From: Eledone cirrhosa
Lineage: Eukaryota
NCBI GenBank assembly: GCA_964016885.1
Contig: OZ024752.1
Coordinates: forward strand, 8,370,001 to 8,434,000
Direction: 5' to 3'
DNA length: 64,000 bases
Position numbers and translations under genes: made by a program. Below the pieces are notes generated by a model. That model worked only from the letters and a program-made list of their open reading frames with translations, did not search any database and was not told the origin of the DNA. Below, in pieces: positions 44,730 through 56,812 of this stretch (position 1 is its first letter; each line of letters opens with the position of its first letter).

Positions 44730-46518
44730 TTAAACACCATTTTAATACTGAAAACAGTAGTGGTATTTTAAGTAAATCCCTCCAAAGGAAAGTAAGAATT
44801 GGAAGAAAGTTGGAGAAGATTTTTCTATTCCATGTAATCATAAAAAAAACTATAAGGATGATAAGAAAATTAGTTAGCTGTTCATTCTGTGATTATAAAA
44901 ACAGGAATTTATTAGTTTAAAGTACTTATGTCCTTAATACAGTAACAATAAAAATATGGGAGAAACACACAAGTGGAATTATTTATGTCAACATTTCCTG
45001 ACATTTTATCCATGGGTCTCAGTCTAAACACTAGTCTGACCGAGGTGTAGAGTGTCAGCCTCTCGCCTTCCCACTTTCTTCTGTTACCTAATAGTCTTTG
45101 CTCTTTCCCTCTCATTTATGGCATTTATAGTCCTTTCCAATACTGCTTTATTTTTCTGTTTGGCTAAAAATTCTAAATCTTTCTCTGTCTAAATTTCCTA
45201 AATTATTTCTATTGAACCAAATCTTTCTTTTAAATCTACTTCTCTCTCATTCACTGCCCCCCCCCCCCCTCTCATGTATTACTACACACTCTACCTCTCT
45301 CATTCACTGTCCCCCTCCCTCTCATGTATTACTACTTCTCTCTCTCCGCCCTACCTCTCACTTACTCTCCCTCCCTCCCTCTCATATATTACTACACACA
45401 CTACTTCTCTCTCACTCACTTCCCCCTCCCTCTCATATATTACTCCACACTACTTCTCTCTCACTCACTTCCCCCTCCCTCCCATCTATTACTCCACACT
45501 CTACTTCTAAAATATATTTTCTCTGTCACTATCTATTACCCTCTCTCTCATTTTCACCATATCTCTAATATTCACCTTTCTTAGACGTTTTTTGGCATCC
45601 TTCCTGTACACAGGTGCACACAAGTGCATCTATATGCACCTCCACATACCCCCCACAAGTGCATCTGCATGCACCTCCACACAAGTGCACCAACATGCAC
45701 CTCCACATACCCCCCCCCCCAAGGTGCATCTACATGCACCCCCCACACACAAGTGCATCTATATGCACCCCCACATACACACACATATATATATATATAT
45801 GCATTCTTTTATCCTTTGATTGGTTTCAGTCATTCGACTGTGGCCATGATGGGGCTCCATTTTCAACGGATCTAATAGACCATATCAAGTCCAGTACTGT
45901 TTTACTGGTTTCAGCCATTAGACTGTGGCCATGCTGGGGCACCACTTTGAAGGGGTTTAGTCGATCATATTGATCCCAATACACAACCTATAAATATTTA
46001 GAATTGTCAATGGGGTAAAGAAATGTCAAGAAATCCCAATGAAAGCTGGAGTTGAGAATGACTGAGAAAGATCTGGGTAGAAGTGGTGAGAGTTGATCTT
46101 AAAATACTGAACCTGAGTTGAAGGAACAAAAATAGAGGGATTGGATGTTGTACTGGAGAAACACCAAACTGTTAACCCACAGGAACAGAAGATGAGGGAT
46201 GCAGGCCTGCCAACCTCTAAAAACCCAAACGGGGAGTACCATGAAAAAAGATGCCCCAAAATAGGGAGAAATGAGGCAAAATGGAGAGATTTTACATAAT
46301 GAAAGCTATATCCATTTTCACAAAAATGGGGTGGGGTGGGGGGTGTTATACTGGAGAAAAACACACAAATTGTCCAACCCCAAGGAACAGAAGTTGAGGG
46401 ATGTTATACTGAAGAAAAAGACAAAACTGTCCGAGCCATGCAAGTATAGAAAAGTGGATGTAAAATGATGAAACAATCAAATGATTATAAAGGAAAAGTT
46501 TTAATACAGTGAAAAATA

Positions 46519-46884
46519 TTATTTTAAAAGTGATCGTTTTTCTTGAAGCTTAGCAGCAGCCTTTTTCTTCATCAGTTGTAGTCTTTTATCAGCATTAGCC
46601 ATTTGCATACCACTCGAGGTCTTAGATGAGCCTTTGGTGCTGGCTTTAGCAGCCATTGTTAGAGCAGCAGCAAATAAATTTTTCTCTGAAAGGTCAAGTT
46701 TTGAACCTGAACTGCTGCTAGATTTAGATTCTTTTGATGAAGATGAGGTAGAACTGTGTTTGGTCTGTTCGGACTTGGTCAGTAAAGACTTTGACATTAC
46801 ATCAGATGTTGCCTTTCCTGACAAATTAGCTGCAAGACTGACCAGACCACTCATCGGTTTGGCTGCCATGCTGCTGGCCGCTAC
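46519..46884 (-). CDS. INTS12: Integrator complex subunit 12, coding exon 6 (last)
   Basis: TTTTAG acceptor; VAASSMAAKPMSGLVSLAA...MANADKRLQLMKKKAAAKLQEKR-stop, matching the INTS12 C-terminal KRLQxxKKKAA motif. Confidence 0.88.
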   Translation of the reverse strand, partial: VAASSMAAKPMSGLVSLAANLSGKATSDVMSKSLLTKSEQTKHSSTSSSSKESKSSSSSGSKLDLSEKNLFAAALTMAAKASTKGSSKTSSGMQMANADKRLQLMKKKAAAKLQEKRSLLK

Positions 46885-47062
46885 CTAAAATAACAAAAAT
46901 AAACATTACAATTATTTATATTTGTTTTTTAAATATTTCAATGATTCTCTGGAATTTATTCTGTTACACATTCATTAAATATTTTTTTATATTTTAATTT
47001 AGTAAAGTAAAGAAAAGTTCAATTGATAAATACTATAAGTTTTGATTTGATCAAATATTTAA

Positions 47063-47267
47063 CCCTTTAGCGTTCTCATTACTCTATATTTACTATTGTA
47101 TTTTCACCATAAACACTTTATCTCACGTAATATTGAATCTTTGAGAATTTGATATTTATTTTGAGAACAATACCTTTAAATAAGAATGAGGGGCCGCTTA
47201 TGGCCGGTTTGAACAGAAAGAGGTGAGAGAATTCTGGCCAGATATGGCTGGTTTAAATGCTAAAGGG
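47063..47267 (+). mobile_element. piggyBac-type MITE (also 50484-50689+, 54548-54768-, ~58300-58494+, 63635-63838+)
   Basis: TTAA target duplication; CCCTTTAGCATT/AATGCTAAAGGG terminal inverted repeats. Confidence 0.88.
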
Positions 47268-47483
47268 TTAAATTATGAATAAAAGCTCTCTTTGGTCATG
47301 ACTAACTACAAGTTTGCACCTGTAAAGTTCCTCTCTAAGACACAAGCCTGGGCCAGGTGTTTTTTGTGGAAGACTAGCAGTTGCCCATGCTTTTAATAAA
47401 TCCCTCAAAATTCTTCATTAAGTAAATTAAACTGCTGCCATTCTGGAGCATTGATGGAATAAAATTTGATGAAAATATCTTAC

Positions 47484-47633
47484 TTTTGATTCTACACGCC
47501 GGAATGGAAGAACAGTGTCTGTCACATCAGTTTTACTAGGTTTACTGCCACTCGATGTTATCACAAAACTCTTACTACTTTCCATTGTATTTGTGAGTGA
47601 AGAAGACTTGATAGGCTTCGGAGGTTTGGTAGC
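47484..47633 (-). CDS. INTS12: INTS12 coding exon 5
   Basis: TTCCAG/GTAAG boundaries, 150 nt, phase 0-0; ATKPPKPIKSS...VLPFRRVESK resembles the INTS12 FKRxE motif. Confidence 0.82.
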
Positions 47634-49624
47634 CTGGAATAGAGAGAGTAATTATAAAAGACAGTAATTTTAATTATTAACGTTCTACCCATGATAGCGT
47701 GGAAGATAGACGTAAAACAATGATGATGATAAACGTCAGGTACGATGTGAAGCCACATAAATAAGACATTCTTTAAAAAGCATAAAACAACACCATGATA
47801 TTAATTATTACAATCATAAAGGGCGGTGGATTGGCAGTATCGGTAGAGGGTCGGACGCCATACTTTGACGCATTGAGTTACGGCCCTTGCCATTCTGAGT
47901 TCAAATCCTGCCGAGGTTAACTTTGCCTTTCATCCTTACGGGGGTCGATAAAATAAAGTACCAGTAATACACTGAGTAATTGCTGGCATTGTGCCTAAAG
48001 TAGAAACAATTAATTATTACAATCAATATTCTACTAAACTTTCCCAACAATATGTCCACTAGTAAATGTCATCATCTTGGTGTCCTGGTTGCATGGATCA
48101 CTATAACTAATGTAGAGGATGTGCAAAGGTGAGAAAGAAATGAGGCTAGCATACTCTGTAGGATGGAAACAGGGAATACAAATGAGTTGAATGAAAAACT
48201 GGGCGTATGGTGAAACAGATGTATTGGGCAAGAGACAAGATTGACATCTGATGTGGACATCTAATGTGGACTAATGATGATTGTTAGGTGATGGAGTGGA
48301 AGGAAGGTGTAAAAGAGGAAGACTGGGGAAAAACATGAATAGAAGCAGTGAGAGCTGATCTCAGAACTCTGAACCTCACAGAGATGACAAAAGAACTCGA
48401 CAAATAGAGTAAAGGTGTGTTGGAGAAGACCCCTCCAACTCATGCAAGCTTGGCAAAGCCGACAAAGATAATGATGATGAAAGTTGTGTGGAAGCCAGTT
48501 ATGGTTCCAGTTTTGGGGTGGTATATTTATTCTGTCATCTGATTGTAAACATTCAGACCTTGCAAAAAGTCACAGGAAATGTCAATCCTCCTCTTGTCAA
48601 TCCATTAAAACACACACAAACGTATAGTTAATCCATTAAAACACACACAACTGTATAGTTAATCCATTAAAACACACAATCGCATTGTCAACCCATTAAA
48701 ACACACAACTATATAGCCAATCCATTAAAATACACACGACTTTATAGTCAACCCATTAAAGCACACACCTTTACAACCAACCTATTAAAACACACAGCTT
48801 TATAGTCAACCAATTAAAACACACAGCAGTATAGCCAAAGGGAAACAATTTGAATGAGGAAAGTTATCTCCCCTTATAGGACAAAAGAAAGAAATCTACA
48901 ATTCGTTAATGTTTGCATATTTAAAAAGAAAAAAACAGTAAAAAGAATTAAAATAATGAAAATAAGGGAAAGGGTGGGGAGAGTGTCAGATTACACTCCA
49001 GTCAAGGTGAAGGTGTGTGTGTGGAGGAGAGTGTGAGACTACACTCCAGTCAAGGTGGTATAGCTCTGTTGAACCCTGCAGACAACACGACGAAAGCATT
49101 GCTACAGAGGACAGCCAGCATCACCCACTACATCAGCCAGTCTACCTCACAGAGCTACTTCTTCAAGTGTGATGCACTCATCCCGATTTTGCAGAAGAAA
49201 ATGGTAATTCAGGGCCCGAGGATACCAGAGGTCTCAACAGCAACTGGCATAATAAGGAAGTGACCCATCAAGTCCCAGTATTTAGCTATCTTCCTCCCCT
49301 TTGGGTTATTGGCAGCAATGTCTAAGTTTTCTTCTCTCCTCCCACTTATTCTTGAGAGGGTCGTTGGGGACTGAGTCCTCAAACACTCCCTCTAGTGGGT
49401 CCTGTCAGAAGCAACTGTCTCCAACTGATCCGACTGGGTCCCCAAATGAGACCAGCGAAGCTCATGGATGTTATCCAACCATCTTACTAGGGGTCTACCT
49501 CTGGGTTTCCTGCTGATTGATTTTGCCTGTAAAATCTGTCCAGTGATTCTTTCCTGAGACATTGAGAATCGCTGGGTTTCTGGCCAAAATGATAAAGTTG
49601 TTTTTTCTATATAAATTAACTCAC

Positions 49625-49717
49625 CATTTTTTCCAGACTTTTTACACATCTTGTACAATACCAGACAAATCTTGGATCGTTCACATCTTGTCCTATTACA
49701 GGGGGTTTGTGACATTC
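49625..49717 (-). CDS. INTS12: INTS12 coding exon 4 (PHD finger C-half)
   Basis: ECHKPPVIGQDVNDPRFVWYCTRCVKSLEKM; AG/GTGAG boundaries. Confidence 0.93.
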
Positions 49718-50804
49718 CTGGATAAAGGAAAAGAAAAATAAATTTTAAACATTGCACAAATCTACACAAAAATAGGGAGTTAGAATCAGGAAAAACATTA
49801 TGTATAAAGCAAGGTAAGATGGATGTAAAAGGGTTTTTATATAAAGTAGAAAACATGATTTTTAAATACAGCCTGTATCATAAATGGTGATAGCTTGTTA
49901 ATTATTACAACTGGTTTTATTAGTAGCTGGAAAATATAAAAAATATGTTGCAACAAATGCACCCAGTACACTCTGTATACTGGTTGGTGTTAGGAAGAGC
50001 ATCCATCAGTAGTAAAAATGCTAAAAATGGAACATATGAGAAAGATGTGGTTCCCAATCTAGTTTTGGATAATGACAAGCCAGCCAATCCAAGCTGGTAT
50101 AGCTTGGCACCAGTGTTGTGGTAACTCATTTTATTCTGGCTGAGTGAACTGGAGCAATATGAAATAGAGTGTCTTGCTCAAGGACATAACACAAAGGTTG
50201 GTCTAGGAATCAAACTTACAACTTTATGATTGTGAGATCAACACCGTAAAAACTAAATTATGCACCTTCAAACTGAGATATCTAACAAGTATGAACTATT
50301 ACTGTTGGCAAAAGGTGGTAGATTGGCAGTGACCAGTTGAGCATCAGACATCATGATTTGTGGCAAGAGTTGCAACCCTTTACGTTCTGATTTCAAATCC
50401 TGCTGAGGTTAGCTTTGACTTACATCCTTAAAGGATCGGGGCCAATATAATAAAGTACCAGTAATGCACTAGGATCGATTTAACCCTTTAGCATTCACAT
50501 TACTCTATATACTATTATATTTTCACAACAAATACTTTATCTCACATAATATTGCATCTATGAGATTTTGATATTATTAATTTTGAGAACAATACCTTAA
50601 CATCAGTATAAGTGGCCGGTTACAGCCAGTTTGAGCAGAAAGAGGTGAGAGAATTCTGGCCGGATATGACCGGTTTAAATGCTAAAGGGTTAATCGACTT
50701 TACTCTTCCCCAAAATTGTTGGTCTTGTGCCTATACTAGAAATCATTATTACTGTTGCCAAAACAGATTGAAATTTAAGGTGATTGCTTGCTCACTACTC
50801 TTAC

Positions 50805-50871
50805 CTGGTGATACAGGCTATGACACTCTTGGCATTCAATAAGTTGGTTACCTGAAGTGACTTCAAATTGC
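50805..50871 (-). CDS. INTS12: INTS12 coding exon 3 (PHD finger)
   Basis: [22 protein letters not shown]; phase 2 start matches the previous exon; GTAAG donor. Confidence 0.93.
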
Positions 50872-51529
50872 CTGGAAAGTAAGAAAAGCAATAATATTAC
50901 AAGTTGGTTTAAAAGGAACAAAGGCTGCACAAACTACAGTATTTTTCCCAGCATCAAAGTCGCTAAAAAATAAGTCTCGAAAATTTACCATGTATCCTGA
51001 AGGCTGAAGGTTGTGTTTCTCATAGATATATCCTAACCTCAGAGGTAAATTATTTCTGCTAGACTGTAATCTGAACTCCTGTATATGACCTCTCAATGAA
51101 GTGTATCAATTATACTTAGTTAAAGTAGTAAATAAACAAAATATCATTAAAAAATTAGGTAACAAAACCTAAAGTACCGAGACCTTATTTTTATGTTTAT
51201 CGTTGTTTTTCAAATTTTTGGTTGTCAAAATTGGAGTGCGTCCTCGAGAGCGAAGCGTCTTCGATGATGGAAATACAGTAACAAAATGAGATTGATTATA
51301 AAATACTAGGAGTTGCGACTAGAAGATAGTATCATTAATTGAAAGACCAATGGAAACATTGTTTCCTTGGTCCGATTTGACAAGTTCTACCTCACTTGAT
51401 AAGTGAATGAAGTCTAGGATCTTGTTGATTGAACTCTATCTATAAGATATAATATACAAAACTTTAATCTCAGTCAAGATATCTAAATATTAATTTATTT
51501 AAAGTTTTTAATAAGACATGATATTAACT

Positions 51530-51985
51530 TTTCTAGTACTGGGACTATGATAAAATATACCCAGTAGAATGGTTGGTGGTCAATTAGAGACAATATAGAG
51601 TTAAGAGGACTGTTTAGTTATGTTGAGGACATGACAACCTTTCTAGTACTGGGACTATGATAAAATATACCCAGTAGAATGGTTGGTGGTCAATTAGAGA
51701 CAATATAGAGTTAAGAGGACTGTTTAGTTATGTTGAGGACATGACAACCTTTCTAGTACTGGGACTATGATAAAATATACCCAGTAGAATGGTTGGTGGT
51801 CAATTAGAGACAATATAGAGTTAAGAGGGCTGTTTAGTTATGTTGAGGACATGACAACCTTTCTAGTACTGGGACTATGATAAAATATACCCAGTAGAAT
51901 GGTTGGTGGTCAATTAGAGACAATATAGAGTAGAGAGGACTGTTTAGCCATGTTGAGGACATGACAATGTCCATAGTACTGGGGC
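51530..51985. repeat. 110-bp tandem repeat, 4 copies, intronic
   Basis: GGGACTATGA recurs at 51541, 51651, 51761 and 51871; the unit resembles the adjacent RTE-UTR-like sequence at 52050-52130. Confidence 0.92.
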
Positions 51986-52410
51986 CACGAAATACACCCA
52001 GGAAAGAAGTTGTCATTAGGAAAAGAATGAAACCAAGTTAAAAAAAGAATTAAGAGGACTGTTTAGCCATGTTGAGGACAATACAACCTCTCTAGTGTTG
52101 GTGCCATGATAAAATACACCCAGTGCACTCTGTAAAATGTCTGGTGTTAGGAAAGGGATCCCTCTGTAGAAGTCATGAGAAAACTGGGATGTAAGTGAGA
52201 TGTGTCCCCACCTCCACCACCCCAGACTGTTGAAAGACAGTAGCGTGGAAAAACAGACATTAAATGTTGATGATGATAATGTCAATGATAATAATTATGA
52301 TGATCATTATGATGGTGATGATGATGATGATGATGATGCAGATGATAATAATGATGATGATGATAACGATGATTATGATGCAGATAATGATCCTTAAAGA
52401 TGCTACTTAC

Positions 52411-52769
52411 TGGCAGTTAACACAAGCGATACCAAGATCAAGAATGAAGTCAGTAGTATCCATATTATCATCACTGGAACCTAGAGTCTCTGGTTCCTTG
52501 TAAGAAGAAGATTTCTCAACAATCAACGCAGCTTTTTCTGTCTTCTCCGACTTCTCTGCAGCAGTTTTCTCCGCCAACATTTTCTCTCTTTTTTCCTTTT
52601 CTTCTTTATCCTTCAGTTCACGTTCTTTCTTACTTCTTTCTCTTTCTCGTTCTTTTTCCAACTCCCTCTCTTTCTCTTTATTCGACTTCTCCTCCTTCTC
52701 CAACGAAGAAAATAAATCCAATCTTGGTTTCTTGCTTTCTTGAAAACTTTCCATGAAGTCATGTTTGAC
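52411..52769 (-). CDS. INTS12: INTS12 coding exon 2
   Basis: CTTCAG/GTAAGT; VKHDFMESF, K/E-rich tract, DFILDLGIACVNC (PHD start). Confidence 0.92.
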
Positions 52770-54380
52770 CTGAAGATTAAAATATGAAATAGAGTACACA
52801 GGGAAACCTTGTAGATCCTTCTCCCAAAATAAACACTAATAATTGTTTCTACTTTTGGCACAAGGCCAGTAACAAATAAACACTAATAATGGTACTTGTC
52901 TAAAATCATGTCTTAAGCCAGAAGGCTCAGTAGGCCAGTGCTTATCCCGGCTTCATGGCATGAAGCAACTGAGAGTACAAGACTTCCCCTGAACAGGAGG
53001 CCAGTCCATCACAGGGTTAGATCCGCAGCTATTGCCAGTACTCATTTTCTGGCCGAATATGGCTGATTTAAATGCTAAAGGGTTAAGACAATAAGTAATG
53101 ATTTGAATAAAAAAGTCTGTCTTGTGCCTGGAGGTTCCTCAAACCAGTGCTTATCCCGGTTTCCATGGAGTAAAGACTTCCCCCTGGACAGGACACCAGT
53201 CCATTGTATGGTTACACCCCACCAGCTATTGCTGGTAGTCATTTTCAGCTGAATATACTGCAGCAACGTGAAATGAAGTGTTTTGCTCAAGAACACAACA
53301 CACAACCCAGCCCAGGAATTGGAACCCACAACATTATGTTCGTAAGTCCAACACCCTTACCACAAGGCCACACACCTCCACATAAAGGGATTTATAAGGC
53401 CCAATAATCAGACTCTGTAACCACTCCTTAAAAGAATGTCTTACACAGGCCTAAGATCATAGATTTACGGAGCTGAGAAAAATGAGATGTTGAAATGTCA
53501 ATGCCTTTCTAAAGAGGACAATGTCAGATCAATGAGGTGATTCATCATCATCATCATCATTTTACGTCTGCTTTTCCCTGCTTGCAAGGGTGGGACGGGA
53601 ACTGATTCTTGGCTTGATTTCTACAGTTGGATGCCCTTCCTAACACCAACCTCATTTACAGTGAGTGTTGGGTGCTTTTTTTCCATGGCACCTACACGTC
53701 CACTTTACAGTGTGGACTGGGTGCTTTTTTGCCGTGGCACCTACACGTCCACTTTGCAGTGGAATGATAAGGACCCCAGTCCTATCATCTCATTTCTACA
53801 GCTGAGTAAACTGGAGCAATGTGAAATAAAGTGTCTTGCTCAAGGAAACAACACATCACCCAGTCTGAGAATTGAACTCACAACCATAATTAAGTTCCAG
53901 ATATTCCCCCAATAACTTACTGCAACATTATAACAAAATGGAAGTAAATCTATTCCACATGTCACCACTGTAAATGAGACTTAAGGGTCAGTCAGCCTTG
54001 TGGTGGACAGGATGGAGAAGACATTACCCTGGAGGAAGGCAAGGGAGACATGTTTATGGAAAAAAATCTAATTCATATGCCACCACAATAAATGAAGCTT
54101 AAGGGTCAGTCCACTTCAATGTGGACAGGTGGACAGGTTGGAGAAGACATTACCCTGGAAGGTGACAAGGGAGACCCATTGGAACAGCCACTCCATCTCA
54201 CAGGGTTCGCACCTGCAGGTAATCAACTCTGCTCCGATGGCAGTGAGTAGGGATGAGGTTCAGGGGTCAACAATACTAGAAGTCACCACTGTCACGGGCC
54301 CAACCACAAACCTGAACTTGTCACAAATTCTTGTAAGAAACAATGAGAAAAATGTATTTGTAAACAGAATATAAACTTAC

Positions 54381-54509
54381 TGGGAGACCTTTCCTCTGAG
54401 CAACGACCTCTTCAACCATTAACCTCAGTTGATATTCCGCATCTTTGTTCTTGGAATGAAGTAACTTCAGAGCTTTTGTGAATAATGGATCCAGTTCTAG
54501 AGTAGCCAT
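54381..54509 (-). CDS. INTS12: INTS12 coding exon 1
   Basis: MATLELDPLFTKALKLLHSKNKDAEYQLRLMVEE matches the INTS12 N-terminal ELDPxFxKALxxLHSK; acceptor at 54523-54524 implies an upstream non-coding exon; six exons join to 1164 nt, 387 aa. Confidence 0.93.
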
Positions 54510-55301
54510 TTTATTTGGGAGACTGAAATAAAATTAGTTAGAATTAACCCTTTAGCATTTAAACCAGTCATATCCGGCTAGAATTCTCTCACCTCTTTAT
54601 GTTCAAACCGGACATAACCGGCCACTCATACTGATTTTAAGGTATTGTTCTCAAAATAAATGATATCAAAATCTCATAGATTCCATATTATATGGGATAA
54701 TTATGTAGGATAAAGTGTTTACCGTGAAATTACAATAGTAAATATACAGTAATGTAAATGTTAAAGGGTTAAGAAGAATTATAATACTAAACTTTCTGAA
54801 ATTTTATGATACAAAACTGTTTGTTTTAACTTTCACTATCTGGAAGGTTGGTGTTCACTGAAATGTAATGTAAGCCATTCTCTCACTCTATCACAGAAGC
54901 AAATGGATCTAGTGATCATTTGATTCTTAATAGGGTTTTTTTCCCATCTTCCTTCCAAATATAGAGTACCAGAGCCACAGAAACCAGCAAGAACATAAAC
55001 TGTATATTACTTTCGAACACAATTACCTTCGCCAGCAATTACCCAGTGTATTACTGGTACTTTATTTTATCGACCCTGTAAGGATGAAAGGCAAAGTTAA
55101 CCTCGGCGGGATTTGAACTCAGACCATAAAGGGCCGTAACCATATTTAAATAATAATAATAATGAAACTATTGTGTACAGTGCTCAGGTGCACTACAACT
55201 CATCAAAGGTGCATGTATAGTACATAAAATAATTTATAAAGTTTCTGAGAAAACAATTATACCTGGAAAGTAACTTAAAACAATTATAATAGCAGTAGAA
55301 G

Positions 55302-55335
<34 letters not shown>

Positions 55336-55644
55336 CACGTTTATAATAATTTCATTATTATGTGTATATCATGACTCGTGCACTGTTCATTTTCTTGATG
55401 TTTGTACATTACCCTATGTACTATACATACACATTTTGATGAGTTGTAGTGCACCTGAGCACTGTACACAATATTTCATTATTATTATTATTATAATAAT
55501 AACATATATAATGACACAATGCTTACAGGAAAGTCATGAAATCACTTATATCAACACAAGTGGATAAGTTCCTTCAGAATGAAAATATAAACAGAGCATA
55601 TAAATAAATTTACAGTAGAATAACATAACAAATATGTTTTAAAT

Positions 55645-56085
55645 ATCTACTTAAATAACATTACAAATGCCTCGGTAACACTACAAAGGATGATACAATG
55701 AAAGATATATTCCTTCAATGCTACAATGTTAAAGAAAATGTAAAAGAAGGGGTGAACAACGGGGGCAACACCAGAGCAAAAGACAGCAACGTCGCGAGTA
55801 CTGGGCAACCTCTCTAATGATTTTTGAGGCAAGCCAGCACACTGGCAGCGTTGCCTCGGGTGATGGCGAGGCTGATGCGCTGAAACAGCCAAGCACCCTC
55901 GTGAGATTCGTCAGTCACCTCTATTAGGCGAGCCGCCAGCGAGGAAAGGAACCTCGCAGTCAGCGGCCCGACTCCCCCAAACGTCTCGAAAGCCACAGGC
56001 TGAAAAATGTAGCTGGCCGCCGCCAGATCAGAGTATTTGAGGGTCTTACTCCGCTCGGCTGCGGAAGCTGGGTCTCTCGTCCTAA
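55645..56085 (-). mobile_element. CRE-clade (restriction-like endonuclease) LINE 3' fragment
   Basis: AAERSKTLKYSDL...YIFQPVAFETFGGVGP...QRISLAITRGNAASVL, typical of the RLE C-terminus. Confidence 0.8.
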
Positions 56086-56233
56086 CCGCAACACCAGGGT
56101 GTGGGAAAGAACAAAGGAGTCACTTAGATGGCAGATGAGAATAGAAAGAGTGAAGCAATATTAGAAATCTCCTTACAAAGAATTAATTCCTGTTTCATCC
56201 GTCAACTTACAACACAGTGATAACAACAACAAT

Positions 56234-56273
56234 ATACCGGAAGTAGTGATATATGTGAATCTACTTCCGGTAT
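56234..56273. promoter_or_regulatory. probable bidirectional promoter core: inverted pair of ETS (CCGGAAGT) sites
   Basis: ATACCGGAAGTAG-N14-CTACTTCCGGTAT between divergent INTS12 and HIKESHI; candidate INTS12 5'UTR donors (minus-strand GTAAG) at 56210 and 56176. Confidence 0.7.
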
Positions 56274-56289
56274 TGGTGTAATTTCTAAA

Positions 56290-56782
56290 GAAGTACCTGG
56301 TGAATTATTGGAGCAATCCCTGCTACAGCACTGTTCCACTGTATATACCTGGAGAAGTCCTGGCACCCTTCCACTGTATATCTTTGGTGAATTATAGGAG
56401 CAGTCGCTTATACAGCTCCGTTCTACTGTGCTACATCTCTGGTGAAGTCTTGGAGCCGTCCTTCATACATCTCTGGTGAATTATTGGCGCAGTCCTAGCT
56501 CCAGTTCCGTTCCACTCTACATCTCTGGTGAAGCCTTGGACCCGTTTCACTGTATATATATCTTGTTAATTATTAGACCACTCCCTGCTACATCTCTGGG
56601 GAAGTTTTGGACCCGTTCTACTGTATATATCTGGTGAATTACTAGATTCAATCCCTGCTACATCTCTGGGGAAGTCTTGCATCAGCCCCAGCTACAACTC
56701 TGGTGAATTATTCGAGCAGTCACACTGTATATATCTGGTGAAGTCTTGGAGCGGTTCCTTCTTCAGCTCCGTTCCACTCAAC
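56290..56782. repeat. degenerate ~30/60-bp tandem array upstream of the HIKESHI start
   Basis: Repeated CTCTGGTGAA(TTA/GTC)TTGGAGC and TTCCACTGTATAT blocks. Confidence 0.8.
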
Positions 56783-56812
56783 ATGTTTGGTGTGGTTGTT
56801 GCTGGACGATTT
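56783..56812 (+). CDS. HIKESHI: Hikeshi (HSP70 nuclear import carrier), coding exon 1
   Basis: MFGVVVAGRF followed by GTGAGT; matches the Hikeshi N-terminus MFGxxVAGRx. Confidence 0.9.

Noticed and set aside
47821-47915. tRNA genes suggested by A/B boxes
   Set aside because: These are SINE heads: they continue into the shared SINE body, and I could not fold a cloverleaf.
48040-49520. Additional INTS12 exons in this intron
   Set aside because: Flanking exons already join in frame; the sequence looks like decayed LINE remnants and a tandem array.
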